Shown here: positions 47,868-61,104 of the stretch, piece by piece
Layout: each line of letters begins with the position of its first letter
Position numbering within the stretch: the first letter of the stretch is position 1
Source of the DNA: Zancudomyces culisetae HAW-14-8
Taxonomy: Eukaryota > Fungi > Kickxellomycota
Length of the DNA: 64,000 nucleotides
Direction: 5' to 3'
Assembly: GCA_052426225.1 (NCBI GenBank)
Contig: JBNJNM010000011.1
Span: forward strand, 1,426,001 to 1,490,000
The notes under the pieces: model-generated
What the model was told of the DNA's origin: nothing
What the model saw: the letters and a program-made list of their open reading frames with translations, nothing else
Database searches by the model: none
Program-made: the position numbers and the translations under genes

Positions 47868-50171
47868 ATTCCTGTTTTTCCTATCTGGCTGCTATATCTC
47901 TTTCTATTCCAAATCTGTTTATCCATTGGCTGGTGTCTCCCAGGATTTGAGCTTCTACTCAAAGTTTTTTTAATTGGGTTTTGTGCTGCCAATAACCAAA
48001 CGAGAGACTCAGGTAAAAACAATTTTGAGGTTTTGAAAATTTTAAAACCCGGAACAGACCGGAAAATGCTGTCGTATTTTCCAAAATGAAAACAGGTAAA
48101 TTATTGTTTCTAAGATTTGTCAGCTATGCTTTTTTGTTATTGCTAAAAGTAAAATTACAAGCTGAAACTATTGAAAAGTATTATAGTGTGTTATTATATG
48201 TGGAACAAATGTTAAGGTTAGGGTTTGGTCTTAAACTGTATAAAAGACTCACGTCATCTTAAAAAAATCAATAGATGATATTTTTTTATTATCCAAATAT
48301 AAAAAATTATGTGTTTTATAAACATAGTATTACTTATATAAAGGACAAGAATGTCAAAGTTGAAAATGGTAATATATTGTTGTTTAATTCACTTTTGAAT
48401 GATTATGATTTATAAAACAGAACCAGTAGATATTTTTGTTAGTTTTTATGCTCCGTGTTTGTGTATACCCCGAAACTACAATGGTCAAATATGATTCCAA
48501 GACATAATTCCTAGATGTTTGTGTTGCATTCATGTCATTCACCTCTCTCAGACATTTTTGTTTATTTGTAAGTATGTTATGTATATTAGAATATCATTTT
48601 GAAATTTTTTATAACAGGATTCGATTTTTATTTCTTACAAGTGCGTGGTTGTGTGAGAGTGTGTTCAAATACAAGAATAGTTTAAATTATCCAAAGCTTG
48701 TATATCTTGTACAGTATTTTTCATGTACATTTAACGTAAGCTAACAGTGTGATAAAACAAAACGTCTATAAAACAATATGATCTTGGGCTGAAATGAGTG
48801 GGTGTACAAGTCAAAAACCCACACAGAACACAGTTTAACCAATAAAGTAGTGTTTTAATTTCTTTTTAAATTTTATCGGTTTGGGAATTGTAAAAAGGTA
48901 ATGCTTAAAGAGAAGATGGATAAATATTGAATGTGCGAGGTATAAGAGAGAGAGAGAGAGAGGAAAAAAAATAGTGTGTTATGTGTGTGATTAATACACT
49001 TTATTTTGTTCTTTTTTCCAAAATAAATATACTTGATAAATAGGTATATACTTCTAACCAAAATTGGTAAATGCATTGAAAAAGCATTGATCAATTAGAA
49101 ACCATGCAGCAAATTACCATTATTACAGAAAAAAGCAAAAATAGAAAAAAAAATGGGTCCAGATGTACCTGTCAAACTGAATCAAAAATGTATCCATAGA
49201 CCATTTTTTTCAGAGCGGAAATAAAATATGAAAAAAAGGAACTAGCAACTAAAACCAAATTTGTAATTTCGGTAAATGAAAGTGTATTTCGGAAACATCA
49301 TCAAAATGCGAATGGGCCAAAACGGGAAAATACAGTGCAGATTGTAATCAAAGCTACATGGTTGGTGTTATCTTGTAGTTAATCTTGTCGGTACTTGATA
49401 TTTTATTTACTACTGATTGGATTGTACACAATTTTAAAACATTAATCAGGAGCCTAATGACAAAGTCGTTTTAGCTTTATTTTTTTATTTTCATTTTTTG
49501 GTAAAGGTGTGGCAATTTGCACAAATGAAAAAAAAAATTTTTTTTTACTCAATAAGAATATTAGAACAAAGTAATAATTAAAATACAAAAAAAAAAAGCA
49601 AGCGAAAAAAAAAGAATGAAAATCAGCATAATAAAATAAAACTATTGGATGTATTTTCTGGAGAGAATAGAGCCTATAGAATTCGTAGGGATCAGATGAA
49701 AGCTGGAAATAGCGAGAAGTGCAAATCTCAACAGCTAGACCACGTTACTTTATAACCATTTATAAAACACCTTTTGTTTATTTTTTGTTTAAAAAGTACA
49801 ACAGCACAAGTTAACATTTGCAAGCAAAAAGAGGGGAAAAAAGGGGGATCAACGGGAAGGCTAAAGAAAGGGATATTTATGTTTCATCAAGTTTTATAAA
49901 CCATAAAAAGGTAGGAATAGAGTGAGTTGTTGGGAGCGAGAAAGAAAAAAAGTAGAAGGAACTGGGGAAGACAGTAAAAAATTAGAAAAGACATATATTT
50001 TATTAACTTGAACAGCGTTTGTTCTTGCAGGGTTGCATTACTAAAACTGTGGGTTGTATTATTAGGATATATATAGGTTGTTTAAAAGCTCCAGTACTTG
50101 AACAACACCGAAAAGATAAAAACAAGTTACAGTCTATTGGAAATTTCAGGCAGCGAAGTTTGTAAATTGAA

Positions 50172-53100
50172 ATGGAGAAATTCAGAGGTACGTCGAGTTA
50201 TATACTGTTTTTTTGAGGGGAGATGTTTTTTAGAGGCAAAAAAAAAAGAAGAGGCCGGATGAGCTGCTTTCAAATACTACGGTTATTTAAAGTTAGAATA
50301 AGTCGAATAAAAGGATATTTTTTGAGTAAAGTAATCATAATCATAATTTTAATAAAACTTTTAGGTGGAAATAGCGTGGATGTTGCTGAGGAAAGTGTAG
50401 TGCGAGACTTTGTCATAAAAAATGGTGGGCATACAGTTATTACAAAGATACTGATAGCAAACAATGGAATTGCAGCAGTGAAGGAGATCAGAAGTGTCCG
50501 ATACTGGGCGTATTCCATGTTTGGAAACGAACGAGCAATCAAATTTATTGCTATGGCATCATCCGAAGATCTACAAGCGAATGCAGAGTATATTAGAATG
50601 GCAGATCAATATGTTGAGGTCCCAGGAGGAAGCAACAACAACAATTATGCAAATGTGGAATTGATTGTGGATGTTGCAGAGAGAACGGGGGCACATGCAG
50701 TGTGGGCAGGATGGGGACATGCTTCAGAGAACCCACGACTTCCAGAGCTGTTGATGCAGAGTAAACAGAAAATAGTGTTTATAGGACCACCAGCCAGTGC
50801 AATGCGGTCACTTGGAGATAAGATTTCATCAACCATAGTTGCACAGAGCGTTGATGTGCCTACTATGGCATGGAGTGGAGATGGAGTAAACGAAGTGGTG
50901 GTAAACGCTGAGGGCTGTGTGGAGGTGGCTGATGACGTGTACTTAAAGGCCACAACGAATGATGTTGAGCAAGGGTTGCAACATGCTCGCAGAATAGGAT
51001 TTCCAGTGATGATCAAGGCATCAGAAGGAGGAGGAGGTAAAGGAATAAGAATGGTACAAAAAGAAGAAGATTTTGCACTTGCGTTTCAAAACTGTCTTTT
51101 GGAAGTACCAGGCTCACCAATCTTTATTATGAAGCTTGCGGGAGAATCAAGACATTTGGAGGTGCAGCTTTTAGCGGATCAGTATGGAAATGCGATTTCA
51201 TTGTTTGGCAGAGACTGTTCAGTTCAGCGAAGACATCAAAAGATCATTGAAGAGGCACCAGTGACAATTGCATCCAAGGATGTATTTAGGCAGATGGAGA
51301 AGGCGGCAGTTAGATTGGCAAAGTTGGTTGGGTATGTGAGTGCAGGTACAGTTGAGTATTTGTATATGCCAAAGATAGACAAGTTTTGCTTTTTGGAGTT
51401 GAATCCACGATTACAAGTTGAGCATCCAACAACGGAGATGGTTTCCGAAGTCAACTTGCCAGCAGCACAACTTCAAGTGGCCATGGGAATTCCGCTTGAA
51501 AGAAACCAGGACATCCGAAGACTGTACGGAGCAGGTCTGGAGAGCAACACACCGATAGATTTTGATTCTGGCTCTGATGCAAAAGATGAGAAAATCAGTA
51601 AACGTGAGTTTGAGCCTGAGCCCAAGGGACACGTGATCGCAGTGAGAATTACGGCAGAAAATCCTGAAGCAGGATTCAAGCCAAGTTCAGGAATGCTGGA
51701 AACGTTGAATTTCAAGAGCAGCAAGAATGTATGGGGGTACTTTTCGGTATCGCCATCTAGTGGACTTCATGAATTTGCAGACAGTCAGTTTGGACATATA
51801 TTTGCATATGGTGCTAATAGAGAGGGAGCAAGACAAGCGATGGTGGTTGCATTGAAAGAAATGTCGATTTTGGGAGAATTCAGGACAACCACAGAGTATT
51901 TGATTACATTGCTTGAGGAAAAAGATTTTGTGCAAAACAGTGTGACAACGGCATGGTTGGACCAATTGATTGCCAACAAACATACATCATCACGGCCCAA
52001 CCCAGCAATTGCTACATTATGTGGAGCAGCATGTAAGGCATACTTTACATCACAGCAATTGCTAGATGAGAGCAAAAAGGCATTGGAAAAAGGAAGAATG
52101 GTTGAAAAACACTTGTTGATAAACAAGTTTAACGTTGGATTTATATACGAAGGAGTGAGATATGAGTTTACTGTATACCAAACAGGACCAGCATCGTTCT
52201 TGCTGGAGATCAATGGGTGTAAAAACATGGTTGCACTTCGTAATTTGACAGATGGAGGGATATTGGTATCGCTTGGAGGAGATACACATCCATGTTATAC
52301 ACGAGAAGTTGTAGGGGCGACAAGGTTGGTGGTTGATGAATACACGGTGCTTTTAGAGGAGGAAAGTGATCCTACAAAGTTGATAACACCATCTCCAGGT
52401 AAACTAGTTAGGTACATGGTAGAATCAGGATCAGAGGTGAATGCAGGGCAACCGTATGCCGAAATTGAGGTAATGAAGATGATTATGCCGTTGGTGGCAG
52501 TCGAGAAGGGAGTAGTACATTTTCTGAAGCCAGCAGGATCCAGTATCCATGCAGGAGAGGTTTTGGGAGTTCTGACACTGGATGATCCTAGCAAAGTCAA
52601 ATTGGCAAAACCGTTTTCAGGAGAGTTTCCACAATTTGGGCTACCACAAATTATTGGAGATAAGGCAAACCAGCGTTTGGAATACGTGACTATGCAGATT
52701 GACAGTATCATGAAGGGATATGCTAAAACCAAGCCTATTTCCGAGCTTTTGAGTGAATTGACTGAGCTTTTGGCAGATAAAGAAGTTCCATTTTTGAATA
52801 TGAATGATTTGCTATCCAGCCTACACTCAAGAATTCCAGCAGAACTACATGCAGAACTGAAGAAGCATTTAGAGACCGCAAAGATGCGAAAGGCAGTGTT
52901 TCCATCTAGATCTATTCTTAGAACCATAGATCTCCGGTTGCGAAAGACACCAGTTGGGGAACTTCAAGCACTCTCAGCTGTGATTAAGCCAGTTTCCGAC
53001 CTTGCAGAACTCTATTCAGAGGGACTTCGATCGTATGAACGTCACGTATTTTTGGGATTCTTGAATTACTACTATGCAGTAGAATCGATATTCAGCGGGG

Positions 53101-56100
53101 CAGAAAATGAACAAGCGGAAATTGAAAAAATCCGGACAATGAATAACGAAAACCCAGAGAAATTGATTGAAGATCTGAGAGCAAGAGCAGGGTTGGGAGT
53201 CAGTTCAACTTTGGTTATCGGAATTTTAGAGGTAATTAAGCCAATGTCACAGACATCTGGACTGTTTGATTTCGAGTATGAATCGGCTCTCAAAATGCTT
53301 GCTGGTATAAAATCCCGAGAAAGCGGTAAGGTTGCTCTCAAGTCACGCGAGCTGCTGATTAGATACCAGATTCCATCACAAGAGGAGCGTGAAAGACAAA
53401 TGGAACAGATTCTAAAGGCGTCAGTGACAGAACACGTATACGGACTTGGAGTTGAATATCATCAGCCCAGTTACGAAACCATCAAGAACCTGATTGATTC
53501 GAATTATTACGTTAACGATGTTCTCCAGAAATTCTTTTATCACCGTATTTCCTGGGTACGTCTAGCAGCACTTGAGACATATGTACGAAGAGCGTATCAT
53601 GTTTATTCGATAGCTGATCTTAATTATGTGACAGAAGTCGGTTCGCCATTTGCATTATGTTGGACATTCTATCTTCCAGATGGGGCAATGCAATTGTCAG
53701 CAGTTCCAGTTGCACCAAGTCAAATAGACACACCAACATCGATTGATCAAACACCACTTCCTCGCGCACTTTCAGTATCTGATTTTTCAATGGCAAATTA
53801 TGGAACTGGTGAGGATGGTGACGGATATCGATACGGAGTAATGTCTAGTTTTGACAGTTATGACGATATGGTGGAGTATTTCGAACAGTTGTTAGACCAT
53901 CTTCCATTAGAAGAACAAGGCTATTATTCATCTCGCCCATCTTCTCCTGGTGATAGTATTATTGGTATTTCCATTGTGGCTAGACCACATGGATCCAAGG
54001 ATTCTGCTTTACCAGCATTGACTGAAATTGATACTTCAAAACAAACCTTAAACCAAAACAAAAACCAACAACAACAACAACAACCAAAGGGTGTTAATGG
54101 TTTACATTCAAAACGGAATAAAAACAGATACCAAAATGTGTTGTATATAGGAATTAATGTAAGTGATGAAGAAAGTAAATCAACGAATGAATGGGCAGAT
54201 AGTATTGAACAGTTTATTCAAGGATATTCCAAAGAACTTCGATCACATGGGGTGAGACGAGTTACGTTTATTCTTTTGGTTGATGAAAACCATCCAGCGA
54301 CATTTACGTTTAGAGAGGCAACAGACTATGAAGAAGATACTACAATTAGGCATATTGAACCAGCATTGGCGTACCAATTGGAATTGTCGAGACTGGGTAA
54401 TTTCGAGATTGAACCATGTTTGACAGAGACAAGACAGTTGCATATTTACCGAGCGACATGCAAGACTAATCCAGAAGATACAAGATTCTTTGTCAGGGTG
54501 TTGGTGAGACCAGGCAGTCGACTTAAAGCAACAGTTCAAACAGTAGATTTCTTAATATCCGAGACAGATCGACTGTTGAATGATATTCTTGATAGTTTGG
54601 AGATTTTGATGTCACAGTATCCAAACACCGATTGTAACCACTTGTTTATCAATTTCTTGCCAATATTCAATCTGGATTCATCGGAATTCGAACCAGCATA
54701 CCGTGGATTCTTGGATCGCCATGGTGGTAGATTGTTTAGGTTACGAGTAAGCGAGGCAGAGATCCGCTTTTTGGTGCAAATAGGATCATCTGAGGAACTT
54801 CCAACACCTATTCGGTTCTGCGTTTCAAATAGTTGGGGTTTTGTTCCAGTGCTTGAAAGCTATGTTGAGGTTAGAAAACCAAATACCAATGAATGGGTTT
54901 ACAGTTCCATAGATTCTCCACCTGGTCATCTTGACAAAAAGCCTGTCTCGTTACCTTATCTTCCACGAGATAAACTTCAACCACGTCGTTATAAGGCGCA
55001 TATTATGGGAACTACTTATGTTTATGATTTCCCAGGACTGTTTAAACATGCAACTCTTGCGCAGTGGAAGTATGTCCAGAAATATAACCGCAATGCAAGA
55101 GCACCCGTCAATATGTTTAAAAGCAAAGAACTTGTATGGAATGCTGACCGAACTGCACTAGTTGCCACAAACAACCGCAGTCCCGGAATGAATACGTGTG
55201 GAATGGTCGCCTGGCTATTTGAAATCTGCACACCTGAATGTCCCGATGGTCGTAGGATGGTTGTCATAGCCAACGATATTACGTTTATTACAGGTTCTTT
55301 TGGTGTTGAAGAAGATGAACTGTTCTACGCTGCCACCGTCTATGCTCGTTCTTTGGGCATTCCACGTATCTACTTGTCCGCCAATTCTGGTGCTCGTATT
55401 GGTTTGGCAAATGAAATCCGTGAGCTGTTCAAACCTGTTTGGGTTGACGAATCTGCTCCTGAAAAGGGTTTCCGCTTCTTATACATTTCTGATGCTGATA
55501 AAAAGTTCATTGATACCACTAACAGTGACAATAAGCTTAAGACTCCTACCATTATAACTGAGCCTTATATTCATACCGATGGTACTCAATGCCACCGTCT
55601 TTGTGCTATTATTGGTGCTGCTGATTCCCTAGGTGTGGAAAATCTTAAGGGGTCTGGGTTAATTGCTGGAGAAACGTCTCGTGCTTACCGTGACATCTTT
55701 ACCATCACTCTAGTTACTTGCCGTTCTGTCGGTATTGGTGCATACCTGGTCAGGTTGGGACACCGAACTATCCAAAACGAAGGTCAACCTATTATTCTGA
55801 CAGGAAACCAGGCTCTCAACAAAGTTTTGGGTCGTCAAGTATATTCTTCCAACTTGCAATTGGGTGGTACTCAGATTATGTACCGTAATGGTGTTTCTCA
55901 TTTAACTGCCAAGGATGACTTTGCTGGTATTCTGAAAATCATGCGTTGGTTATCATATGTTCCTGCATATGTAGGTGCTCCAATCCAACCTCTAACATTG
56001 TTGACTTGGGATCCTGTCGAAAGACCAGTTGAATACTGTCCTCCAAAGGGTCCAAGCGACCCAAGATTCTTCCTTGCTGGTACTGATACCAATGGTATCC

Positions 56101-57299
56101 ATATGAATGGCTTTTTCGATACCCATTCATTTGTCGAAGTAATGGGTGGTTGGGCAAAGACTGTTGTTACTGGCCGTGCTAGATTGGGGGGAATCCCTGT
56201 TGGTGCCATAGCCGTTGAGACTCGCACAGTTGAAAACATTACTCCTGCCGACCCTTCAAACCCTGAATCTCACGAACAACTTACCGTAGAAGCTGGTGGT
56301 GTATGGTACCCCAACTCTGCTTACAAGACTGCCCAGGCCATCAACGATTTCAATAACGGTGAAGGCTTGCCTCTCTTTATCTTTGCCAACTGGCGTGGTT
56401 TCAGTGGTGGTCAGCGTGATATGTATGACCAGATTCTCAAGTTTGGTTCATACATTGTTGATGCTCTAACTCAATATAAACAACCTGTCTTTGTTTATGT
56501 CATCCCCAACGGGGAGTTGCGTGGTGGTGCTTGGGTCGTTTTGGATTCCTCAATCAACCCCGACGTTATGGAAATGTATGCTGATACCAAGGCCCGTGGT
56601 GGTGTCATTGAACCCGAAGGTGTTGTCGAAATCAAATACCGTCGCCCTGCCATTATTGCCACTATGGATCGTCTGGACCAAACTTTACGTGACCTCAAGT
56701 CTCGTCTCAATTCTCCCAACCTTTCCTCCTCCGAATCTGCCTCCATCAACCAACAAATCAACGATCGCATCAAATTGCTTTATCCTGTCTACAGTCAAAT
56801 GGCCGTCGAATTCGCTGATCTCCACGACCGCGCTGGTCGTATGAAGGCAAAGGGTGTCATCCGCCGTGAATTGGATTGGCCCTCTTCCCGCTCCTTCTTC
56901 TACCACCGTTTGGTCAGACGCCTCAACGAAGACCGTCTATGCGCTGGCCTCTCTCAGGCCGATCCTTCCCTCTCCCGATCTGCCGCCATTGCTGCTCTTC
57001 AATCTTGGTTTGTCCAAGATACTTATGACTCTGTCTCTCTTGAATCCGGCTCCTCCTCAATTATTGCTTCTGCCGACTTTATTTCCAACTGGGAGTCTAA
57101 TGACCGAATTGTTACCACTTGGATGACTAATTCTGCCGATTCCATCAATTCCAGAATTGCCTCTATTGCTACTCTTACTAAACTTAATAACCTAACTGCT
57201 GATGCTGAACTTGATCCCTCTTTTGCTCGTCAAGCCATACTTAAACTCTCCTCATTTTTAGATGATGATACCAAATCCAAACTTTCCTCTTTACTTTAA
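50172..57299 (+). CDS. ACC1: Acetyl-CoA carboxylase (BC-BCCP-CT), 16-nt first exon plus long exon 2
   Basis: Exon 1 50172-50187 (ATGGAGAAATTCAGAG|GTACGT) and exon 2 50365-57299 give MEKFRGGNSV.... Motifs KILIANNGIAAVKEIRS, KASEGGGGKGIR, biotin site EVMKM, regulatory LPRALSVSD, ANSGARIG, WRGFSGG. Confidence 0.97.
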
Positions 57300-57371
57300 A
57301 TCGTTTTATTTATTTATTCATTTATTCATATACCCATATACTAATAAACTTTTGTTAAACTTTATTAATTT

Positions 57372-58346
57372 CTATTTGAAAAATACTCGTTGTGTAAATT
57401 CATATGTTGCCAATGCTATCCCAAACAATGGTGCCATAATCATTGCTCTAGCTGTTGATCCCTTAAACAATGCCATATACCCTTCATTTTGTACAATCAT
57501 TCTACCTGTACCCCAATACCCCATTCGTTTTCCACTCACGCTTTCTGTACTATTACTATTGCTATTTGCCTGCAATCGTGTTTTAATTACATCTGATGGT
57601 GTTACAAGTACTGCTGCCGCTACTCCCGCCACCACACTACCCGCAAATACATTCGCAAGTTGGTATTTAGGATAAATGCGGTTAAAGTGTGATGTTAGTA
57701 TTGCCGATCCTGGGAAAAATATAATTGAAAATGGAACGTCCCGAAGTAGTGTCGCTGTAGTGCCTCTATACAATCCACGGATTCCCAACTGTCTAACTAC
57801 TTGCATTGCTGTCTTTTTCGCTGCTGGTGCTGCTTCTCCTGCCGCCGTCTTTGCTGTTGATGTGTCAATTTGTAGTTGTATTTTGACGATTTCCATAGGA
57901 TTTGTTGCTATTACTTGACAAAATCCCGCTATTCCTCCCGCCATAACTCCATATTTCAGTGGAAGATCCGCATTGCTTCGTATTCCTTCCCGAGCCGCAA
58001 AATGATCTCTCATCAAATCATTCACTGCCAACTTGATTGCCTTTTCTGGTGTAATCCCCACTAAATTTGGTACCAATCCTTTATAAACTCCCCGAACTCC
58101 CTCATACTTGACTATCTTTTGTAAACAATCCAATATTCCTGTATACTTGGCCTGTCCCCCAACACCTCCCATACTGTTTTGCAACCGTGTCTTGGCTATA
58201 TCCAACGGATACACTATGGATACTCCTGTAATCCCTGCTATTGCTCCATTTACAAACTTTACCGCCAGTTTTTGTGCAAATGTTGGTTCAGGTTTTACAA
58301 CCCGTATCATTGGTGCTCCTACTGCTCCAGTTCCTGAGACATTCAT
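57372..58346 (-). CDS. Mitochondrial carrier, glutamate carrier (SLC25A18/22/Agc1-C-terminal)-like
   Basis: Three PxD/ExxKxxLQ repeats (YPLDIAKTRLQ, NPMEIVKIQLQ, TPSDVIKTRLQ). GITPEKAIKLAVND and RDVPFS are typical of Glu/Asp carriers. Confidence 0.9.
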   Translation of the reverse strand: MNVSGTGAVGAPMIRVVKPEPTFAQKLAVKFVNGAIAGITGVSIVYPLDIAKTRLQNSMGGVGGQAKYTGILDCLQKIVKYEGVRGVYKGLVPNLVGITPEKAIKLAVNDLMRDHFAAREGIRSNADLPLKYGVMAGGIAGFCQVIATNPMEIVKIQLQIDTSTAKTAAGEAAPAAKKTAMQVVRQLGIRGLYRGTTATLLRDVPFSIIFFPGSAILTSHFNRIYPKYQLANVFAGSVVAGVAAAVLVTPSDVIKTRLQANSNSNSTESVSGKRMGYWGTGRMIVQNEGYMALFKGSTARAMIMAPLFGIALATYEFTQRVFFK

Positions 58347-58872
58347 TTTTTTCCCGCTTTTTTCCCTCTTTTTTTGTTTTTGTTTTTGTTTTTTTTGGTT
58401 CCTTGAAATAAAATAAAATAAAATAAAAGTTTGTAGTATATGTATATAATATGTAAATGATTAAATATTAAAACTGATGCACGTGCCAGTGCTCCCCACT
58501 TATATTTCCACTATTCAAAAATGTTCACTTCTCTACTAGTAAAAAAAAAATAAAAAAAATTTTTTCTTTAATTTTATTTTTCTTATTATACTAGTGGTTC
58601 TTATTGTTATTGTGATTGTGATTATTAATTGTAAATCATGGGAGATATGGATGAAATAACCGAAAAAAAAGTAATGGGATTTTTGTTTCACTTGTGATTT
58701 GAGTTTTTCAATCTCTTTTTTCCGGAGAGCTTTATTTTACTTTATATATTTTACTTTTTTAATGACAATATATGACAAAGAATTATAAATCATTAATAAA
58801 GTCACTCGAGATAAAAAATACACTTGCTTGTTCTTTACAATTATATTTTGTAAAAGTGTAGGTAAAGGTAGT

Positions 58873-58958
58873 AGTAAAAGTAAAAGTAAAAGTAAAAGTA
58901 AAAGTAAAAGTAAAAGTAAAAGTAAAAGTAAAAGTAAAGTAAAAGTAAAAGTAAAAGT
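58873..58958 (+). repeat. (AAAAGT)n hexamer microsatellite
   Basis: About 14 near-perfect GTAAAA units; source of spurious poly-L, FT and SK ORFs. Confidence 0.95.
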
Positions 58959-61104
58959 AATCATTATTTATTTTATACATTTTATTTTAATAGTGATCAA
59001 ATTCTTTTTGATAAAATAATCTATTGTTGTATTGTTAATCAGTACCATTAATAAAACTACTAAAAGTTATTAGTAAGTGCAAGTAAAACTATATACCATA
59101 AAAAAGAAATGAAAATCCTCAATCTACTTTTCCTCCATACAAAGACCACTTTTTATCTTTGGTAATGGAGGGTAGGGGATGGGGTAAGATTGAATAAGGG
59201 GGTGAAGGTGAGAGGCAAGGTAAAGGGGTGTGGGAAGGGGAAAGGAATCATCTCCGTTCACAAGTATTTCTCCTTGTACAATCTAATAAAAAAAAAGCAT
59301 ACAAAGAAGGATGATGATTTTTTTCTTTTTACCCAAAATCCAAACCCCACTAATCAAACACACGCATTTCATTGTAACTCAACTTTTTTACCCACGGACC
59401 TTCCAGCATCCAATTTTGCCACTAATTATTTAATCTTGTCACCTGAATCCATCCATTCATCCACTTTTATACACTAAATGGTAAGATTAAGAGGGGCAAA
59501 AAAAATAAATATCTTGGTATTCAAAGAGGAGGAGGAAGAGAAGAAAGATGGTATAATACCTTTCTTGAGCATTGCATAACTAATGAAGTGTTGTATGTAG
59601 TATTCTGGTTAAGAAAATTATCCGCAAGCATAATGGACAGTTGTCACTTTGTCTATTCCTACTATTATTCGTATTTTTTTTTTGTTATTCATCTACTTTT
59701 CAGTTTTCTTCTTGCCACATACATCACTCCATTGTAAGACTTCTACCCTTACATCCATTCCACTATATCTTTTTTTTTCTTTTATCATTCGAAATAAAAC
59801 CATGTTGGTATCTATATTCTCCAGTATATTTCCAATATAAATTAATACCTTTTAATCTTTTTTATTTCAATTACAAACATTTTTTCTTACGAAGTACTAA
59901 TAGGATTTAATATTACATTATTACTAGGTTGTATTATTATTATATACTTTTTACCAATAACAACAATAACTGAAAAAATATCCCAGTCGTCTTAACGGCT
60001 TTGTAAATTAAATGTCTCTTTATGAACTTACTAAAAACAATATGAACTATTTGCCTGTTTAACTGTTTAAAAGTCGTAACTACAGCATAATACCCTTATA
60101 CAGATACCAAGAAACACATTATTTGATCACCCATCACACCTTGGCCTGTGGCTGTGGCTGTATCTAAAAGTTCCTATTTCTATTTTATTACCTACCACTT
60201 TTGCTTTTCCCTTGTGTTTTTTTATTTGTTATTTTTTATTTTTTTACACTCAACTATCCATTTAATTTATGTTTATAAAAATATCTTTGTCACAACATCT
60301 TTTCACTAAACAGTGAGCATTTTCTTGTATGTACAAAAACCCAAAATTTATTATTTTTATTTGGAAAAATAGAATTAACACCATTATTTTACGCCCTCCA
60401 GTTTCATTTCATTTTATTTTATTTTTTTTTTTTTACTAGCTCAAATGTTGTTTATACACCACCATGTACAGTTGCTACTACTAATATTAGTGCTACTACT
60501 ACTACTACTACTACATACTTTAGCTATTATGTTTTTATCGCAACTTGAAATTCGTGATCTTACATACTCAAATTTTCTTGTATGGTCAACATGAGTTCCT
60601 TTTTTTTTCCAGAATAATTTATATGTGATCATATTACGTTCATGAACCCCAGTATACTAATTAACCTGGATTTAATTTTTTATTTTCTTTGTTTATTGCC
60701 TTTTTGGATTATACTGTATTGTTTACAGTTGCCACTGATTTCAAGATATAATTTTAACACTTTTCAAATTCTTACTATTAAAAGTTTTAATACATACACA
60801 CACTCACTTACACCAATCTTTCCAAGCCTCAAGCCATTTATTGTTTTATTTCTGTCAAAAAACAAACATAAATCATTAAAATTGTGAATACCTGGGTTTT
60901 CAGGATTCATAAGAGTTTAAACATTCCAAAACGCTTTATAAACAGTAATTCATACACCTCCAGGTATTACAGAACATACAAAAAAAAAAGAATATATGTA
61001 TAACTTGAATTTCTCTCAACATGAACCTACATCGTCGATACAACAATTTCTTCAATAAAAGTAAAAGAAAAACAAGTACCACTATAGTTTATTGGAAAAA
61101 AAAT

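Noticed and set aside
50270-57126. Numerous antisense and alternate-frame ORFs within ACC1 (and likewise in the kinase and UBP genes)
   Set aside because: Shadow ORFs of long coding sequence with no independent motifs.
58737-59019. Poly-Leu, (FT)n and (SK)n ORFs
   Set aside because: Artefacts of the (AAAAGT)n microsatellite.
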